A stretch of DNA of 64,000 bases from Eledone cirrhosa (lineage: Eukaryota). Where the stretch lies: NCBI GenBank assembly GCA_964016885.1, contig OZ024743.1, positions 25,730,001 to 25,794,000 of the forward strand, read 5' to 3'. The position numbers and the translations under genes were made by a program. Below, in pieces: positions 38,560-52,000 of the stretch. Below the pieces are notes generated by a model. That model made no database searches. It was given only the letters and a program-made list of their open reading frames with translations, and was not told where the DNA came from. Every line of letters begins with the position of its first letter. Position 1 is the first letter of the stretch.

Positions 38560-39362
38560 GCAACTAACAGCGCTGCGATCGAATGTGGCTTTTTAGCCCA
38601 GCCAATGATCTAAAATGTCTTGCACAGAGTCGGCAACCAAAACATTCACTGGGAATAGTCGGCTGTGGTTGGAGTTCATGTACTTTTGCATGTCGCTTGA
38701 GCCCTCCTGCTGATTTACATTCTCTACCACATGCTTGGCAAGCATGATGAGTAGCATCTCCAACAGCAGCCTGGTAGTCAACCACTGGTCTTACTTTATG
38801 ACTGCGAAGATGACTTTGAGTCCAGCTTTGCTTAGGCAGAGTCTCGCACTGACGCTGCATGTCAGCACCATAGGAGGACCCTCGCCGTCTGGAAGTGCAA
38901 CAGCAATGCCCTTCCTCACATCCCGCTTTACTTTCTCGTATGCGATTCGAGATGCCCCAAAGGCAACTTTTCCCTCATATACAGTCTTTCTCCATTCATT
39001 ACGATGAGCAGCAATATTTTCCCATGTATCAGCAGAGATGTTAGCGTCTTTCAAAGAGGCTTTCGAGGAATCCTTATACCTCTTTTTTGGTTTATGTGGT
39101 GGTCGTTTTCCTTTAACTAACTCTCCATAAAAGAGTTGTTTTGGTATTCTAGAATCCTTCATCCTGGCAAGGTGACCACTCCAACGGAGTCGTTGCTTAA
39201 GCACAAGAGCTTCTATACTGTCACACATAGAGCTTTCCAAAATCTCGACATCACTGATGTGGTCCCTCCAGTGAACGCCATGGATCCGTCTGAGACACAT
39301 CTGATGGAAACGCTCCAATTGTTTAAGGTGGTGTCGATATGTGACCCAGGTCTCGCAGGCAT
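38560..39362 (-). mobile_element. RTE (BovB-like) LINE 3' fragment with C2H2 fingers
   Basis: ACETW..LERFHQMCLRRI..RLRWSGHLARMKDSRIPKQLFYGEL; CQACGRECKSAGGLKRHAKVH; CRLCARHFRSLAGLKSH. Confidence 0.9.
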
Positions 39363-39467
39363 GCATACATACATACATACATACATACATACATACATAC
39401 ATACATACATACATACATACATACATACACACATACATACAGTCATACATACAGTCATACATACATA

Positions 39468-42400
39468 CAGTCAACGTGATCAGTCGCATATTTTGGCGTG
39501 GGAGACTATTTATTAAATTTAAGATGAATAATACCTCCGACAGTAATGCCACAACTACAGTCATGTTGAATAAATGGTTATTCTTCTAACTATATCTTCT
39601 GAAGACACCTTTTATTCGAATTCGTAGAGATATCCGACTAAACACATAATTCATTTTACAAGGATTTGCTACAAACAGCTTGGCTGAACACAACATCAAC
39701 AACAAAATTAAGGAAGTACCGAAGACAAATAACAAGGAAGGTAAACAAACTTTATTCAGTTGTAGCTACAGAAGAAACCGAAATTATAAATTGCATTTCT
39801 CTTGGAGTTGCGAACTTAATAATGATTTATTTAATTGTTATAAAATGGCAAAAAACAATCCCTCCATTGGCTATATGAACAGAATGAAGCTACACTGGGA
39901 CGAAATACACCCAGAGCTAAATTATTTCACAGCGAAACAATTACGCCAACAAGCGACGTTTGTTGAACGTAAAAATATGATAAATATTATTAATTGTAAG
40001 TCCCCCACAACAAACATGTTATCAACAACACGTGCTACAGGTTGCCATGCTACTAGACTTCCTAGCAGCCAGGTCGAAGAGCGCCTTGAAACAACTATGC
40101 CTGTAAGAAACTTGACACCACCTGTACCATCTAAGTCTACCTCGAATGCTGGGGAAAACACTATCGATAATAATAATAATCGAAGAAATAATAATAATAA
40201 TCGAAGAAATTTGACACCACGTGTACCATCCGAGTCTACCTCGACTGTTGTGGAAAATACTATCGATAATGATAATCAAAAGTATAAACAATTGAAATTT
40301 TCCCTCAACGAAATCTTCCAGAGAGAAATTAACTCATGTATAAATATCTCTCTTGCTGAACGTATTAAAACGACAATGTTTAATAAAAAACCAAATAATG
40401 AAATATTACGTGTTATTGACGAAATAGGGATAAATATTTAAGACGGATAAAAACCCCAACATTTTGGCAAATCAATGCCTGTTTATATGCCTTAGCAACG
40501 ACAGTGAAGCATTATGTTGGTGATAGCAGAGATATTAACAAGAACAAAACACCACCAAAACTACCATCATATATAACTAAAATAGAAAAAAAGATTGCTG
40601 ACCTACGAAAAAACATAGAATATGTGACAATGCTCCTTACATGCAAACGAACACAAAAAAACCTCACTCCTCACCAACAAAGAGTGAAAAATAAAATAAA
40701 GACGATGTTTGGTAACAGTAGAACCAGAACTCTCCAATATAAGCTGATCACCCTCAAACAAGAATTGAGAGCTGTTAGCGAAAAACGCCGATACCTGAAG
40801 AAGGTAGATGAGAGAAAAGTGCTTAATAAAAGATTCGGACGAAACCAAACATCAGTCTATAGAGATATGAAGGGCAAAATAATAAGTGTCACTGAGGCCC
40901 CATCCCAGAAAGACATAGATTCCTTTTGGAGAAAAATATGGGGTGAAAAGAAGAATTTCAACCAAGATGCAGTGTGACTAAGAGAAATCCGAAAGAATTA
41001 TTGCTCCTACACTACAACAAAAACATACGAAATAAGTGAGGGTACCCTTGAGACTGTGATAGGAAAACTCCAAGATAAGAAAACACCAGGAAGAGACATG
41101 ATTGTCGGCTACTGGTACAAAAAACTGATATTCTATCGGAGGTATCTTACTGACCTCTAACATCAAGTTCTTAAGGGAGATACACTTATACCAGAATGAT
41201 TGACATTAGCACAAACATTACTGGTCCCCAAGAACAAAGACACCCACTTGCCAAAGAACTACCGACCCATTGCATGCCAGAACCTGATGTATAAGATGTA
41301 TACAGCCTGCCTGAACCTATTCCTCCAAGATCACTGTGAAAATAATAACATCATCACAGATGACAAGCAGCTGGAAAGAAAAGGGTTTGGGGATGTGCTG
41401 AACAACTCCTAATCAACAAAACTGCGATGTCGGAGGTGCGACAACTTACGAGGAATTTGGCTACAGTCTGGCTGGACTACAGGAAAGCTTTCGATTCTGT
41501 TCCCCACTCTTGGATGATAGAGGCCCTCCAACTTGCTAAAGTCCCAGACATTATTATTCAGAATCATAGAGAGGCTGTCTTCTTCTTGGGCTACTATCCT
41601 CAGGTTAAAGACAGAGAGGGAGGACTCTATTTTCACTGATAAAATAAAATATTGCAGGGGTATATTTCAGAGGGACAGTCTCTCTGTGATATTATTCATT
41701 TTGTCATTAAACCCCTTGTCCTTTCTGCTCAAGAAATGTGAGGGATACATCATTGGCTCACAGGAGGACAAAAATACGAACCTAACCCATAATTTCTTTG
41801 TGGATGATCTGAAACTCTATGCCAAGAACATGGATGGGATGAAGAAAAATCTTTACCTGGTTACAACGTTCTCAAAGGATATAGGAATGGAGTTTGGCCA
41901 AGATAAATGTTCATACATGACTGTAAAGCGGGGAAAAACAACAACCCAATCTAGCAACATTGTCAACAATGGTCTAACTGTTTCACCGATATCTGATGAG
42001 GACTGCTACAGATACCTGGGGATAGATGAGAACATATCCTATAATGGTATCTGTAATAAAGAACGCGTAACCAGGGAATACTACACCAGATTAAGAAAGA
42101 TATAGTCATCGGAACTCTCTACGCAAAACAAAACAGTGGCTCACAATGTGTTTGCTGTGCCTGTCCTAACACCAACGTTTGGAATACTCAATTGGACGAT
42201 AGACGAAATCCGAGAAGTTGATGTTGGAACTCGAAAAACACTAAACAACACCGGAAACTTCCACATCAACAGTGACATAGACCGCCTTTACTTGAAACGT
42301 AAGCAGAGAGGCAGAGGCCTAACATCAGTCCAGACAACATTTGAATGTCGCATCATATCTCTCCGACAACATCTACGAACCTCGAAGCGTAGGGGCCCAT

Positions 42401-43590
42401 TTCTCGAGCAAGTCTATCTACATGAAATAGATAAGATCATGAGAGTTGGGAAAGAACTCCTCGAGAGATATTCCCTGTGTGATAATCAAAAACTCACACC
42501 CAGGGAAGTCGCTCAGCAGTATCGCAGTGAATCCATGGATGAAAAACTACATACTTATCAGCAAAAAATCATGCATGGATATGTTGCCAGAAAGCTCCAG
42601 AGTGAGAGTAATATAGATAAGGAAAGTAGTCTATCTTGGACCAACAACCGCTATATTGGCTCCCACTTTGAAGGATACGCTTTTGCAATCCAGGAACAGG
42701 AGATTGGCACGAAATACCTGATTCACAAAAGAGATAGGCATGCAGGAAAAACACCTAGATGTGATAACAAGTGCAGACTCTGCAGAACTAACATCGAGGA
42801 TATCACCCATGTCATCAGCAGCTGTCCAAAGATGTCATCGCGGTACTATCTACCTATGAGGCATGATGTAGTGGCCAAAACACTGTACAATGCAGTTCGT
42901 AAAAAAGATAGCCCCGATAATAAACACATTAAAAGCTACAGCAATGTGGAAGACATCCATGTACATAATATGAAAGAGTACTGGTGGAATGTTCCAGTAA
43001 AAACCCCAATAAAATGCAGGCATAACAGACCAGATATTATGATATGGGACAGGGAGAAGAAAACATGCACAGTAGTGGAAATTCGCTGCCCAGCAGATGC
43101 CAATATAATATCAAAGATTAGTGAAAAGGAGAATATCTATGCAAAACTGAGAAATCTGCAGATACTCCACCCTGATTACACCTTCAGATTTATGCCTGTG
43201 ATTATTGGGGCACTGGGGTATGTTAGTAACTGCCTCAATACAAATCTTGAGAAGCTAAGCTTCACAGGAACAGAAAGAACACAACTAGTTAAGAAATTAC
43301 AAGTACAATCCATTAATGGAACAGTAAAAATATGTAAAACATTCCAAAACTTTTGCATCTAATAACTGCATATACACATGTACAAATGCAAAGCATATAC
43401 ACATGCACACATACAACTCAAAACATACACATCCACACATACAATAACGTCCATATCTACACATGCATACATACATGCATATCTACCTAGTTGATGTTGT
43501 GTATATTCCAATGAGAGAGTCTTGTGTCTATGTTAGAAACCGACTCTCTCTCTATTGGTAAAACTTTGTGAAATTATAAAACCAGAAGAA
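39468..43590 (+). mobile_element. Near full-length, decayed R4/Dong-like RLE non-LTR retrotransposon in (CATA)n
   Basis: One ancestral ORF (39680-43362) broken by stops: NYRPIAC, DYRKAFDSVPH, GIFQRDSLS, FVDDLKLY, YRYLG, CRLC..EDITHVISSC, RHD, RPDIMIWD..VEI (RLE). CATA tracts on both flanks. Confidence 0.92.
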
Positions 43591-44814
43591 CATACATACA
43601 TACATACATACATACATACATACATACATACATACATACATACATACATACATACATACATACATACATACATACATACATACACTCTCTCTGTGGCTGT
43701 CTGAAAGCAAGATTTACAGTGTTTCCACTATCAACAATTAGTGTACTCAAATACCGCTGCTGTAACCAAATAGTTTTTGAGTCATCAATGCTTCGTGTAA
43801 ACCATTAAACCTTAGTTCAACGTGTTAGAAATAGCTGCAAAATTTTCCTCAAATCAAACAATACTGTTCTTAAAAAACATATTAAAGATAAGAATCCATT
43901 GGAGAATATAGTCCACTTCGTTGAAAAATATATGGTCTTGTCATGCCCGACACACATTTGATCAGGTTTCGCCTTGGGCTAAACAACACTTCTGACATGT
44001 TACCAACCCATTGCTATTGTTTTTGATTAGTCCCATGTGATTCCTGGCTGAGTAAACCTATAACCAAATTCATTCCTAACCGTGATCATCCGGTCCTTAT
44101 CTTATTGAGTATTTTCCCATCTGATATTGGTCTACTTGAGTTATTTTCCTAGATTCATGCTTTGGGGAAAGGTTTTTTTTTTTTGGGGGGGGGGGGGGGG
44201 GGGTCAACCAATAACTATCCAAAATACTACTAGCAAAAATTCTTTTTAACTCTTTTTCTGTGATTTAATATAGCAAGCTCAATATGACTGCCTCCCTGGC
44301 GAGATCTAATAAGATTAAAACATGTTTGTTGGTATCGCCTTGCTCGCTAACAAAGATCAGAATTTCCCTCAACATGATATTTAATAATTTTCTATGAAAT
44401 GATTTCTTAATTATCTGAAAGGCAAATTTCAATTAATTGATTTTCTTATTTTCGTGCGTTATTCAGTGTAACAACAGCCACAGTCTCAGACTATATTATC
44501 CAATGTGTCTTTCCCAGTAAGGTGGCCAACTGGTGGCGTCGTTATGGCGTCGGATTGAAAATACCTCGGTATCTGCTCCGGCTCACTGCGCTCTTCTTCC
44601 TACGTATTAGTTGGTCTCAGCTTGTAGTCTTTCGTCTGATTGAGATCAGAGATCAGTGGTGAGATTTCAGGACACACAACGTGTGTCATGCGGATGCTCC
44701 TACGATTCCATCCGGAGATAAGAAACATTTAATTTTACTTTTTATCTTTATCGTCTAATTTGATATATATTTCAATGCTATGTTTAGCATGTCGGAGGAC
44801 CACGGAGAAGTCTT

Positions 44815-44952
<138 letters not shown>

Positions 44953-44955
44953 ACT

Positions 44956-44995
<40 letters not shown>

Positions 44996-45015
44996 AAGTT
45001 TGTCCTCATCAGTGG

Positions 45016-45112
<97 letters not shown>

Positions 45113-45170
45113 TTATATAAAATAAGAAAATGCGAAGTAGTTTCAGATGTTAAAGACTTTTATTGATAAT

Positions 45171-45245
45171 GCTGTGATACATATTTCGATGACGACAGTG
45201 GCCACGCGATTCCGCATACCCAGTGCCATGATCTCATCAGACAGC
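45171..45245 (-). ncRNA. Type I hammerhead ribozyme with an extended stem II, in a TA-flanked island
   Basis: GCUGU CUGAUGA GAUcAUGGCAcUGG...CCAcUGUCGUcAUC GAAA U-AUGU-A UC ACAGC. Confidence 0.88.
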
Positions 45246-45338
45246 TTCTTACATAATAATATTACGTTCCTGAGGCAATCCAGATTGAAACGACAAGGGA
45301 ACGGACAAAGATGATGTTCTTGAAGCCTTCGCCCGTCC

Positions 45339-45381
<43 letters not shown>

Positions 45382-45566
45382 AAGAATGAAGAGTAACATG
45401 GTACAACAAGTGGCTTTATTTCAGGTATTGATAATTGTTTCATTGATCAGGTGAGTCTAGAGGGCGCTAATCGCTTGAAGTTGCGTCACTCGATCTCCAT
45501 TACGTTATTCACCTCTGACCAACCTCTAACTGGATTACCTATAACGATAACTTGTTACCCCATAGG

Positions 45567-45613
<47 letters not shown>

Positions 45614-45616
<3 letters not shown>

Positions 45617-45890
45617 TTATATGAATCAAAGTTCTGTTCGAATCATTTATATGCTTACAATTGTTTCTTCCAAACCTTGGTTTGGAGGAATGATTCGAAC
45701 AGAACTTTGATTCATATAACTTATATATAACTGCTCTGTAAAACAACTGATGTTATTACATTGAGCTATTTATCTTACTGGTAATAAGGTAGTAATATAT
45801 TCCTGCCTATCACTATTTAGGGTTTGAAAAAATATATATAACTACAAAAGGTTTTTGTATATGCATAATCATAAATAGTACCCTTAATAC
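45614..45890. mobile_element. TA-flanked element with 34-bp inverted arms around a half hammerhead
   Basis: Arms 45614-45647 and 45689-45722. The spacer on the minus strand reads UCCAAACC-aa-GGUUUGGAa GAAA C-AAUU-G UA. Confidence 0.75.
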
Positions 45891-45929
45891 TATATATATA
45901 TATATATATATATACATCCCTCTCTTATT

Positions 45930-46055
<126 letters not shown>

Positions 46056-46679
46056 GACACACACACACACACTTTCTCTTGTTAGTTACTCTTCCACCTT
46101 CAAGTCATTGCTGTTCCCGATCACCACTATACATTTACAACAACATAAAAAACTTGTTCAATATTTGTCATTTATTTATTTATTTTTTATTTATTTATTT
46201 TTTATTTATTTATTTTTTATTTATTTATTTTTTATTTATTTATTCGTAGCTCTCCACATTTGACTGATTGATCAGATCATCTTCATGCTTCACTGGTCAC
46301 TAGTCGGTTTGTCTACTTGTCTATTTATACACTTGGACATTCGTCTAGATCAGTCTCGATGTAACACGTAAATAATGGCTTTTAAATATGAGACACTCGT
46401 TTCACCTTATTTTATTTATTTACTATTTTCTTTTCTTAAAACAGATCATCTAGCCCTGTATCAATTAAGAACTGACAGAGTGTGTGTAAGTGTGAATAAG
46501 TGTGAATAAGTGTATGTGTTTGTATGTGTGTATATGTGTGTGAAGTTGTGAATGTATACGTGTGAGAGTATACGGATAAATTGTGTAATGTGTAGTGTCT
46601 GTGTGTACGAATGAGTGGTTGTCCTCTCTCAATTAAGAAGTGGCGGAGTGTGTGTGAGGAGTGGGTGTTTTTTATGATT

Positions 46680-46711
<32 letters not shown>

Positions 46712-46712
<1 letters not shown>

Positions 46713-47114
46713 ACCAAAGATTAATATGGTTCATTGATTACTCAATGAATACAGTTTTACAATAGATTAAAAGCACTCAACAGTTATTATTCCTGGAGTT
46801 TTAATATTATTCAAAATATTAACAAATGAAGATATTCACATAATCAAAATATATGCTTTATTATACATATTTCGAAGGTACTGGGTTGTTTCTTTTCCCC
46901 AGTACGTCCTCGTCAGATAAAATATATGATTTGATATATGACATACCTCTGGAATTGAAATATCAAGACGGTAGAGGTATTTCATATATCAAATCATATA
47001 TTTTATCTGATGGGGACGTACTGGGAAAAGAAACAACACAGTACCTTCGAAATATATATAATAAAGCATATATTTTGATTATGTGAATATCTTCATTTGT
47101 TAATATTTTGAATA

Positions 47115-47118
<4 letters not shown>
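46712..47118. mobile_element. TA-flanked fold-back element, ~146 bp arms, a hammerhead in each arm
   Basis: Arms ~46804-46950 and 46973-47118. At 46856-46922 (-): UUUUAU CUGACGA GGAcGUACUGGG..CCCAGUACcUUC GAAA U-AUGU-A UA AUAAAG. The mirror at 47001-47066 (+) has CUGAUGG. Confidence 0.9.
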
Positions 47119-47195
<77 letters not shown>

Positions 47196-47213
47196 TGTGT
47201 GTGTGTGCGTATT

Positions 47214-47244
<31 letters not shown>

Positions 47245-47318
47245 GGTGGGATATATATATATATACAGTATGTATATAATAAATAAGAACGACGTTTTCA
47301 TTTGCCATCCCTATTTAT

Positions 47319-47387
47319 TTTGTTATACGTATTTCAAAATGTTAGGTAGTTGTATAATAACTGGCCTATGTGTTCTCTTCAGACAAA
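47319..47387 (-). ncRNA. Type I hammerhead ribozyme in a TA-flanked island
   Basis: UUUGU CUGAAGA GAA..UAGG..CCUA..UUU GAAA U-ACGU-A UA ACAAA. Confidence 0.82.
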
Positions 47388-47459
47388 GATCCAAACGAGA
47401 TGTAAATATCCATTGATATGTTTCCGGTTATACGTTTTATTCGCTTCGCCAACCAGTAA

Positions 47460-47585
<126 letters not shown>

Positions 47586-47586
47586 A

Positions 47587-47917
47587 GGCACATGGCTTAG
47601 TGGTTAGAGCATTGGGCTTGCAAGTGGAAGGTTGTGAGTTCGATTCTCGGACCGGGAGATGTGTTGTGTCCTTGAGCAAGACATTTTAATTCACGTTGCT
47701 CCAGTTTACTCAGCTGTAGAAATGAGTTGCCACGTCACTGGTGTCAAGCTGTATCCGCCATTGCCTTTCCCTTGGACATCATCGGTGGCGTGGAGAGAGG
47801 AGACTGGTATGCATAGGCGACTGCTGCTCTTCCACAAACAACCTTTCCCGGACTTGTGCAACGGAGGGAAACTTTCTAGGTACAAATAACATGGCCATTC
47901 ATGACCGAAGGGGGTCT
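47587..47917 (+). mobile_element. tRNA-derived SINE, family A, full length
   Basis: A and B boxes plus the CORE-like segment; colinear with the reverse complement of 2147-2473. Confidence 0.88.
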
Positions 47918-48402
47918 TTACCCTTTACCCTTTTATATATATATATTATATATAGGTGGTGTTGCTGTGTATATACATATACGAATGAGATGATGGCATG
48001 ATATAATCGCTTATAAGCGTTTGACGAAGTATTTGGTGAATGTGTAAGAACAAAAGTATGCGCCCAAGCTACCTCGCGGTCCCAGCGAATAAAATGGAGA
48101 AAGCTTTGCCCGGAGGATAGCGAGAGTGACGTGTTGAAACAGTCATTCCAACTCCGTCTGACAGTAAAGAGTAGAGAGGTGGTATGGTACCACAAACTCT
48201 GGAAGTCTCCACTGCAACAGGATTTGCGATAATCCTATCGTAAAGCGGCTGACACTTCAACGGCTTGCTGGGCAACAAAGATTGTGTCTGTTGCCGAATG
48301 CACCAGTTAGTCGCTAGAGAAAGTATGTGTGTGTAAGTCGACCTTAAGTAGGAGCAATAACATTAAGAAAGACATGAAAGACACAACATGATTTTGTATT
48401 GA

Positions 48403-48723
48403 AAATTTTGAAAGTAGACTTATAAGTATGAATTTTCAATAGATTTTCGAAGTTGTCTTTGTGGCCTAGCGTTAGGTACTAAAGACGGTGGAGAGCCTGG
48501 TCTTGGGTTCAATCCTAGTCGAGAGGTACATGTAAATTTTTTAAATTTTTATTTTACATCCCATAGAAAAAAATACTGAAAAGGTTTACCGGGAACACTA
48601 CTCCCGACCAGGATCGAACTTCAGACCAGGATCACCACCGTCTATGGTCCCGCCAACTAGGAAACCGAGACAGCTACAAAAGTGTTTTGAAAATTAATCA
48701 TTATAACCCTACTTTCAAAATTT
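48403..48723. repeat. Diverged inverted repeat with two convergent tRNA-like heads
   Basis: aaattttgaaagtag / ctactttcaaaattt at the ends. Both arms contain agacggtgg..cctggtct..gttc(a/g)atcct(a/g)gtcg. Confidence 0.65.
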
Positions 48724-49087
48724 GGTTTCAGAGCTGAAATGGTCCTGTCAACTTCGAAAACCCTTCTCTAGTCATTACAAAATGTTTTACCCAAAAGATT
48801 GATCTTTTTCCTCTTCCCACCACACTCTAGCATAACCTTTTTGTATTTTCATTACTTGAACTTATACAAAAACTACCAAAATTAATCTCAGTTTAAGAGA
48901 GCTCAATTTTCTGTCGTCAGACTGGCGCCCGTTATCATTTCAAATGATAAATTAGTTTCTCTATCCTGTTGAGGATACAGACAAAAATGATTATAGAATA
49001 AAAACTCTATTGAGATTTAATATGAATTTACAAAAAGAATCCTCATAAGTCAGGGGTTTTTGTTTTATTAGTTTCTTATTTATTTTT

Positions 49088-52000
49088 GTTACTGGGATAC
49101 ACTTATATCAGTTGACAATACTGTTGTTACTGGAATACACTTATATCAGTTGACAATACTGTTGGTACTGGAATACACTTATATCAGTTGATAATACTGT
49201 TGTTACTGGAATACACTTATATCAGTTGACAATACTGTTGTTACTGGAATACACTTATATCAGTTGATAATACTGTTGTTACTGGAATACACTTATATCA
49301 GTTGACAATACTGTTGTTACTGGAATACACTTATATCAGTTGATAATACTGTTGTTACTGGAATACACTTATATCAGTTGACAATACTGTTGTTACTGGA
49401 ATACACTTATATCAGTTGATAATACTGTTGTTACTGGAATACACTTATATCAGTTGACAATACTGTTGTTACTGGAATACACTTATATCAGTTAATAATA
49501 CTGTTGTTGCTGGAATACACTTATATCAGTTGACAATACTGTTGTTACTGGAATACACTTATATCAGTTGATAATACTGTTGTTGCTGGAATACACTTAT
49601 ATCAGTTGATAATACTGTTGTTACTGGAATACACTTATATCAGTTGACAATACTGTTGTTACTGGAATACACTTATATCAGTTGATAATACTGTTGTTAC
49701 TGGAATACACTTATATCAGTTGACAATACTGTTGTTACTGGAATACACTTATATCAGTTGATAATACTGTTGTTGCTGGAATACACTTATATCAGTTGAT
49801 AATACTGTTGTTACTGGAATACACTTATATCAGTTGACAATACTGTTGTTACTGGAATACACTTATATCAGTTGATAATACTGTTGTTACTGGAATACAC
49901 TTATATCAGTTGACAATACTGTTGTTACTGGAATACACTTATATCAGTTGATAATACTGTTGTTGCTGGAATACACTTATATCAGTTGATAATACTGTTG
50001 TTACTGGAATACACTTATATCAGTTGATAATACTGTTGTTACTGGAATACACTTATATCTGTTGATAATACAGTTGTTACTGGAATACACTTATATATGT
50101 TGACAATACTGTTGTTACTGGAATACACTTATATCAGTTGACAATACTGTTGTTACTGGAATACACTTATATCAGTTGATAATACTGTTGTTACTGGAAT
50201 ACACTTATATCAGTTGATAATACTGTTGTTACTGGAATACACTTATATCAGTTGACAATAATGTTGTTACTGGAATACACTTATATCAGTTGATAATACT
50301 GTTGTTACTGGAATACACTTATATCAGTTGACAATACTGTTGTTACTGGAATACACTTATATCAGTTGACGATACTGTTGTTACTGGAATACACTTATAT
50401 CAGTTGACAATAATGTTGTTACTGGAATACACTTATATCAGTTGACAATACTGTTGTTACTGGAATACACTTATATCAGTTGACAATAATGTTGTTACTG
50501 GAATACACTTATATCAGTTGACAATACTGTTGTTACTGGAATACACTTATATCAGTTGATAATACAGTTGTTACTGGAATACTCTTATATCTGTTGATAA
50601 TACTGTTGTTACTGGAATACACTTATATCAGTTGACAATACTGTTGTTACTGGAATACACTTATATCAGTTGATAATACAGTTGTTACTGTAATACACTT
50701 ATATCAGTTGACAATACTGTTGTTACTGGAATACACTTATATCAGTTGATAATACTGTTGTTACTGGAATACACTTATATCAGTTGACGATACTGTTGTT
50801 ACTAGAATACACTTATATCAGTTGACAATACTGTTGTTACTGGAATACACTTATATCAGTTGATAATACTGTTGTTACTGGAATACACTTATATCAGTTG
50901 ATAATACTGTTGTTAGTGGAATACACTTATATCAGTTGACAATACTGTTGTTACTGGAATACAATTATATCAGTTGACAGTACTGTTGTTACTGGAATAC
51001 ACTTATATCAGTTGATAATACTGTTGTTACTGGAATACACTTATATCAGTTGACAATAATGTTGTTACTGGAATACACTTATATCAGTTGACAATAATGT
51101 TGTTACAGGAATACACTTATATCAGTTGACAATACTGTTGTTACTGGAATAGACTTATATCAGTTGACAGTACTGTTGTTACTGGAATACACTTATATCA
51201 GTTGACAATACTGTTGTTGCGGGAATACACTTATATCAATTGCTAATACTGTTGTTGCGGGAATACACTTATATCAGTTGCTAATACTGTTGTTACTGGA
51301 ATACACTTATATCAGTTGACAATACTGTTGTTACTGGAATACACTTATATCAGTTTACAATACTGTTGTTACTGGAATACACTTATATCAGTTGATAATG
51401 CTGTTGTTACTGGAATACACTTAAATCAGTTCACAATACTGTTGTTACTGGAATACACTTATATCAGTTGATAATACTGTTGTTACTGGAATACACATAT
51501 ATCAGTTGATAATACTGTTGTTACTGGAATACACTTATATCAGTTGACAATACTGTTGTTACTGGAATACACTTATATCAGTTGATAATACTGTTGTTAC
51601 TGGAATACACTTATATCAGTTGATAATACTGTTGTTACTGGAATACACTTATATCAGTTGACAATACTGTTGTTAATGGAATACACTTATATCAGTTGAC
51701 AATACTGTTGTTACTGGAATAGACTTATATCAGTTGACAGTACTGTTGTTACTGGAATACACTTATATCAGTTGACAATACTGTTGTTGCGGGAATACAC
51801 TTATATCAATTGCTAATACTGTTGTTGCGGGAATACACTTATATCAGTTGCTAATACTGTTGTTACTGGAATACACTTATATCAGTTGACAATACTGTTG
51901 TTACTGGAATACACTTATATCAGTTTACAATACTGTTGTTACTGGAATACACTTATATCAGTTGATAATGCTGTTGTTACTGGAATACACTTATATCAGT

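Noticed and set aside
39494-39584. Possible HDV-like ribozyme at the 5' end of the R4-like element (tggcgt/atgcca, gaataa/ttattc, tac-ctccgaca-gta)
   Set aside because: The helix order fits, but the P1.1 GG and the catalytic C in J4/2 are missing. Not supportable without a family consensus.
47960-48330. Coding-like unique segment
   Set aside because: No recognisable domain or clear splice structure in any frame I examined; left unassigned.
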